The notes beneath the pieces were generated by a model. That model saw only the letters and a program-made list of their open reading frames with translations. It did no database searches and was not told the DNA's origin. The translations under genes were made by a program, and so were the position numbers. Shown here one piece after another: positions 31,909 to 32,139 of a DNA stretch of 32,139 nt (its first letter is position 1; each line of letters opens with the position of its first letter). Origin of the DNA: a virus; IMG/VR virus record IMGVR_UViG_3300045988_095662, positions 1 through 32,139 of that record; one strand, written 5' to 3'.

Positions 31909-32139
31909 TCAGCCTATGAGGAAGCACGGCAGCGGGCGTACCCAGCGGTCCGCCGGCGCGGTGTGGTTGGCAGTGCCGTTGCTGCCGACAGGGCACGCGC
32001 CGGACGCAGAACCACCCATGACAGACCGCAGCCACCAAATGACGCGACCGCCCGCGATGCGGCTTGCCGTGTCGCTGAAGATGGGGAACTGGCTATCGAA
32101 GCCGACAGAGTAGCCCTTGGTTCCCCATACCGGACAGCC
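31909..32139 (-). CDS. DGR target protein, C-terminal part including VR (32041..32139 duplicates 1..99)
   Basis: The frame is continuous with 1..771. Hand translation: ...GGRVIWWLRSVMGGSASGACPVGSNGTANHTAPADRWVRPLPCFLIG, with stop TGA at 31911..31909. Confidence 0.85.
   Translation of the reverse strand, partial: GCPVWGTKGYSVGFDSQFPIFSDTASRIAGGRVIWWLRSVMGGSASGACPVGSNGTANHTAPADRWVRPLPCFLIG
31920..32048 (-). repeat. DGR variable repeat (VR), 129 bp, codons ~255-298 of the 300-codon target
   Basis: 17 mismatches to TR, 16 of them at TR adenines on the minus strand. Confidence 0.92.
32041..32139. repeat. Terminal direct repeat, copy 2 (identical to 1..99)
   Basis: Direct comparison. Confidence 0.97.

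Larger units (their letters stand above)
1..32040. mobile_element. Complete temperate siphovirus-like phage genome (unique length 32,040 bp, circularly permuted in this window)
   Basis: All phage modules are present: switch, replication, packaging, head, tail, DGR, lysis and recombinases. The window ends overlap exactly by 99 bp. Confidence 0.85.
29944..32139 (-). mobile_element. Diversity-generating retroelement cassette (VR - avd - TR - RT); the target gene's 5' part is at 1..771
   Basis: See the individual components and findings. Confidence 0.9.

Noticed and set aside
31043-32113. ORFs over TR and VR with similar peptides (31043..31420 -, 31072..31563 +, 31829..32038 -, 31868..32113 +), considered as paralogous small genes
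   Set aside because: The similarity simply reflects the TR/VR nucleotide repeat read in non-coding frames. The real VR frame is the one continuous with 1..771.

Overview
The window is a complete temperate siphovirus-like phage genome. Its unique length is 32,040 bp, and bases 1..99 repeat exactly at 32041..32139, so the sequence is circular or terminally redundant. The host is probably a high-G+C Gram-positive bacterium, likely an actinobacterium; this is inferred from a phage-encoded actinobacterial-type IHF, the composition and the lysin domains.

Almost all genes are on the minus strand and many are translationally coupled. Reading in the minus direction, the modules are:
- cro-like switch gene and early genes, then a DUF4373-type replication gene
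- small membrane proteins and a tyrosine recombinase
- mIHF, SSB, dUTPase and a candidate late regulator
- HNH, putative cos region, TerS, TerL, portal, protease and capsid
- head-tail connectors, major tail protein, chaperones, tape measure, Dit, tail protein and a BppU-like fibre
- a diversity-generating retroelement (DGR), then the lysis cassette

A short plus-strand lysogeny arm carries a repressor, a membrane-anchored DEDDh exonuclease and a large serine recombinase.

The main finding is a complete DGR in the order target, avd, TR, RT. TR (31265..31393) and VR (31920..32048) are 129 bp each and differ at 17 positions, 16 of them at template adenines. The 300-codon target gene crosses the window junction (771->1, continuing 32040->31909), so the supplied ORF track does not show it.

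Secondary observations:
- two unrelated recombinases
- a possible defence gene (the TM-tethered exonuclease) in the lysogeny arm
- a tail-chaperone overlap that needs a +1/-2 rather than a -1 frameshift
- an A+T-rich structured island that may be the origin
- a 16-bp tandem repeat
- switch operators and cos-region repeats

All calls rest on reading the sequence and on remembered family motifs. No database search was run.
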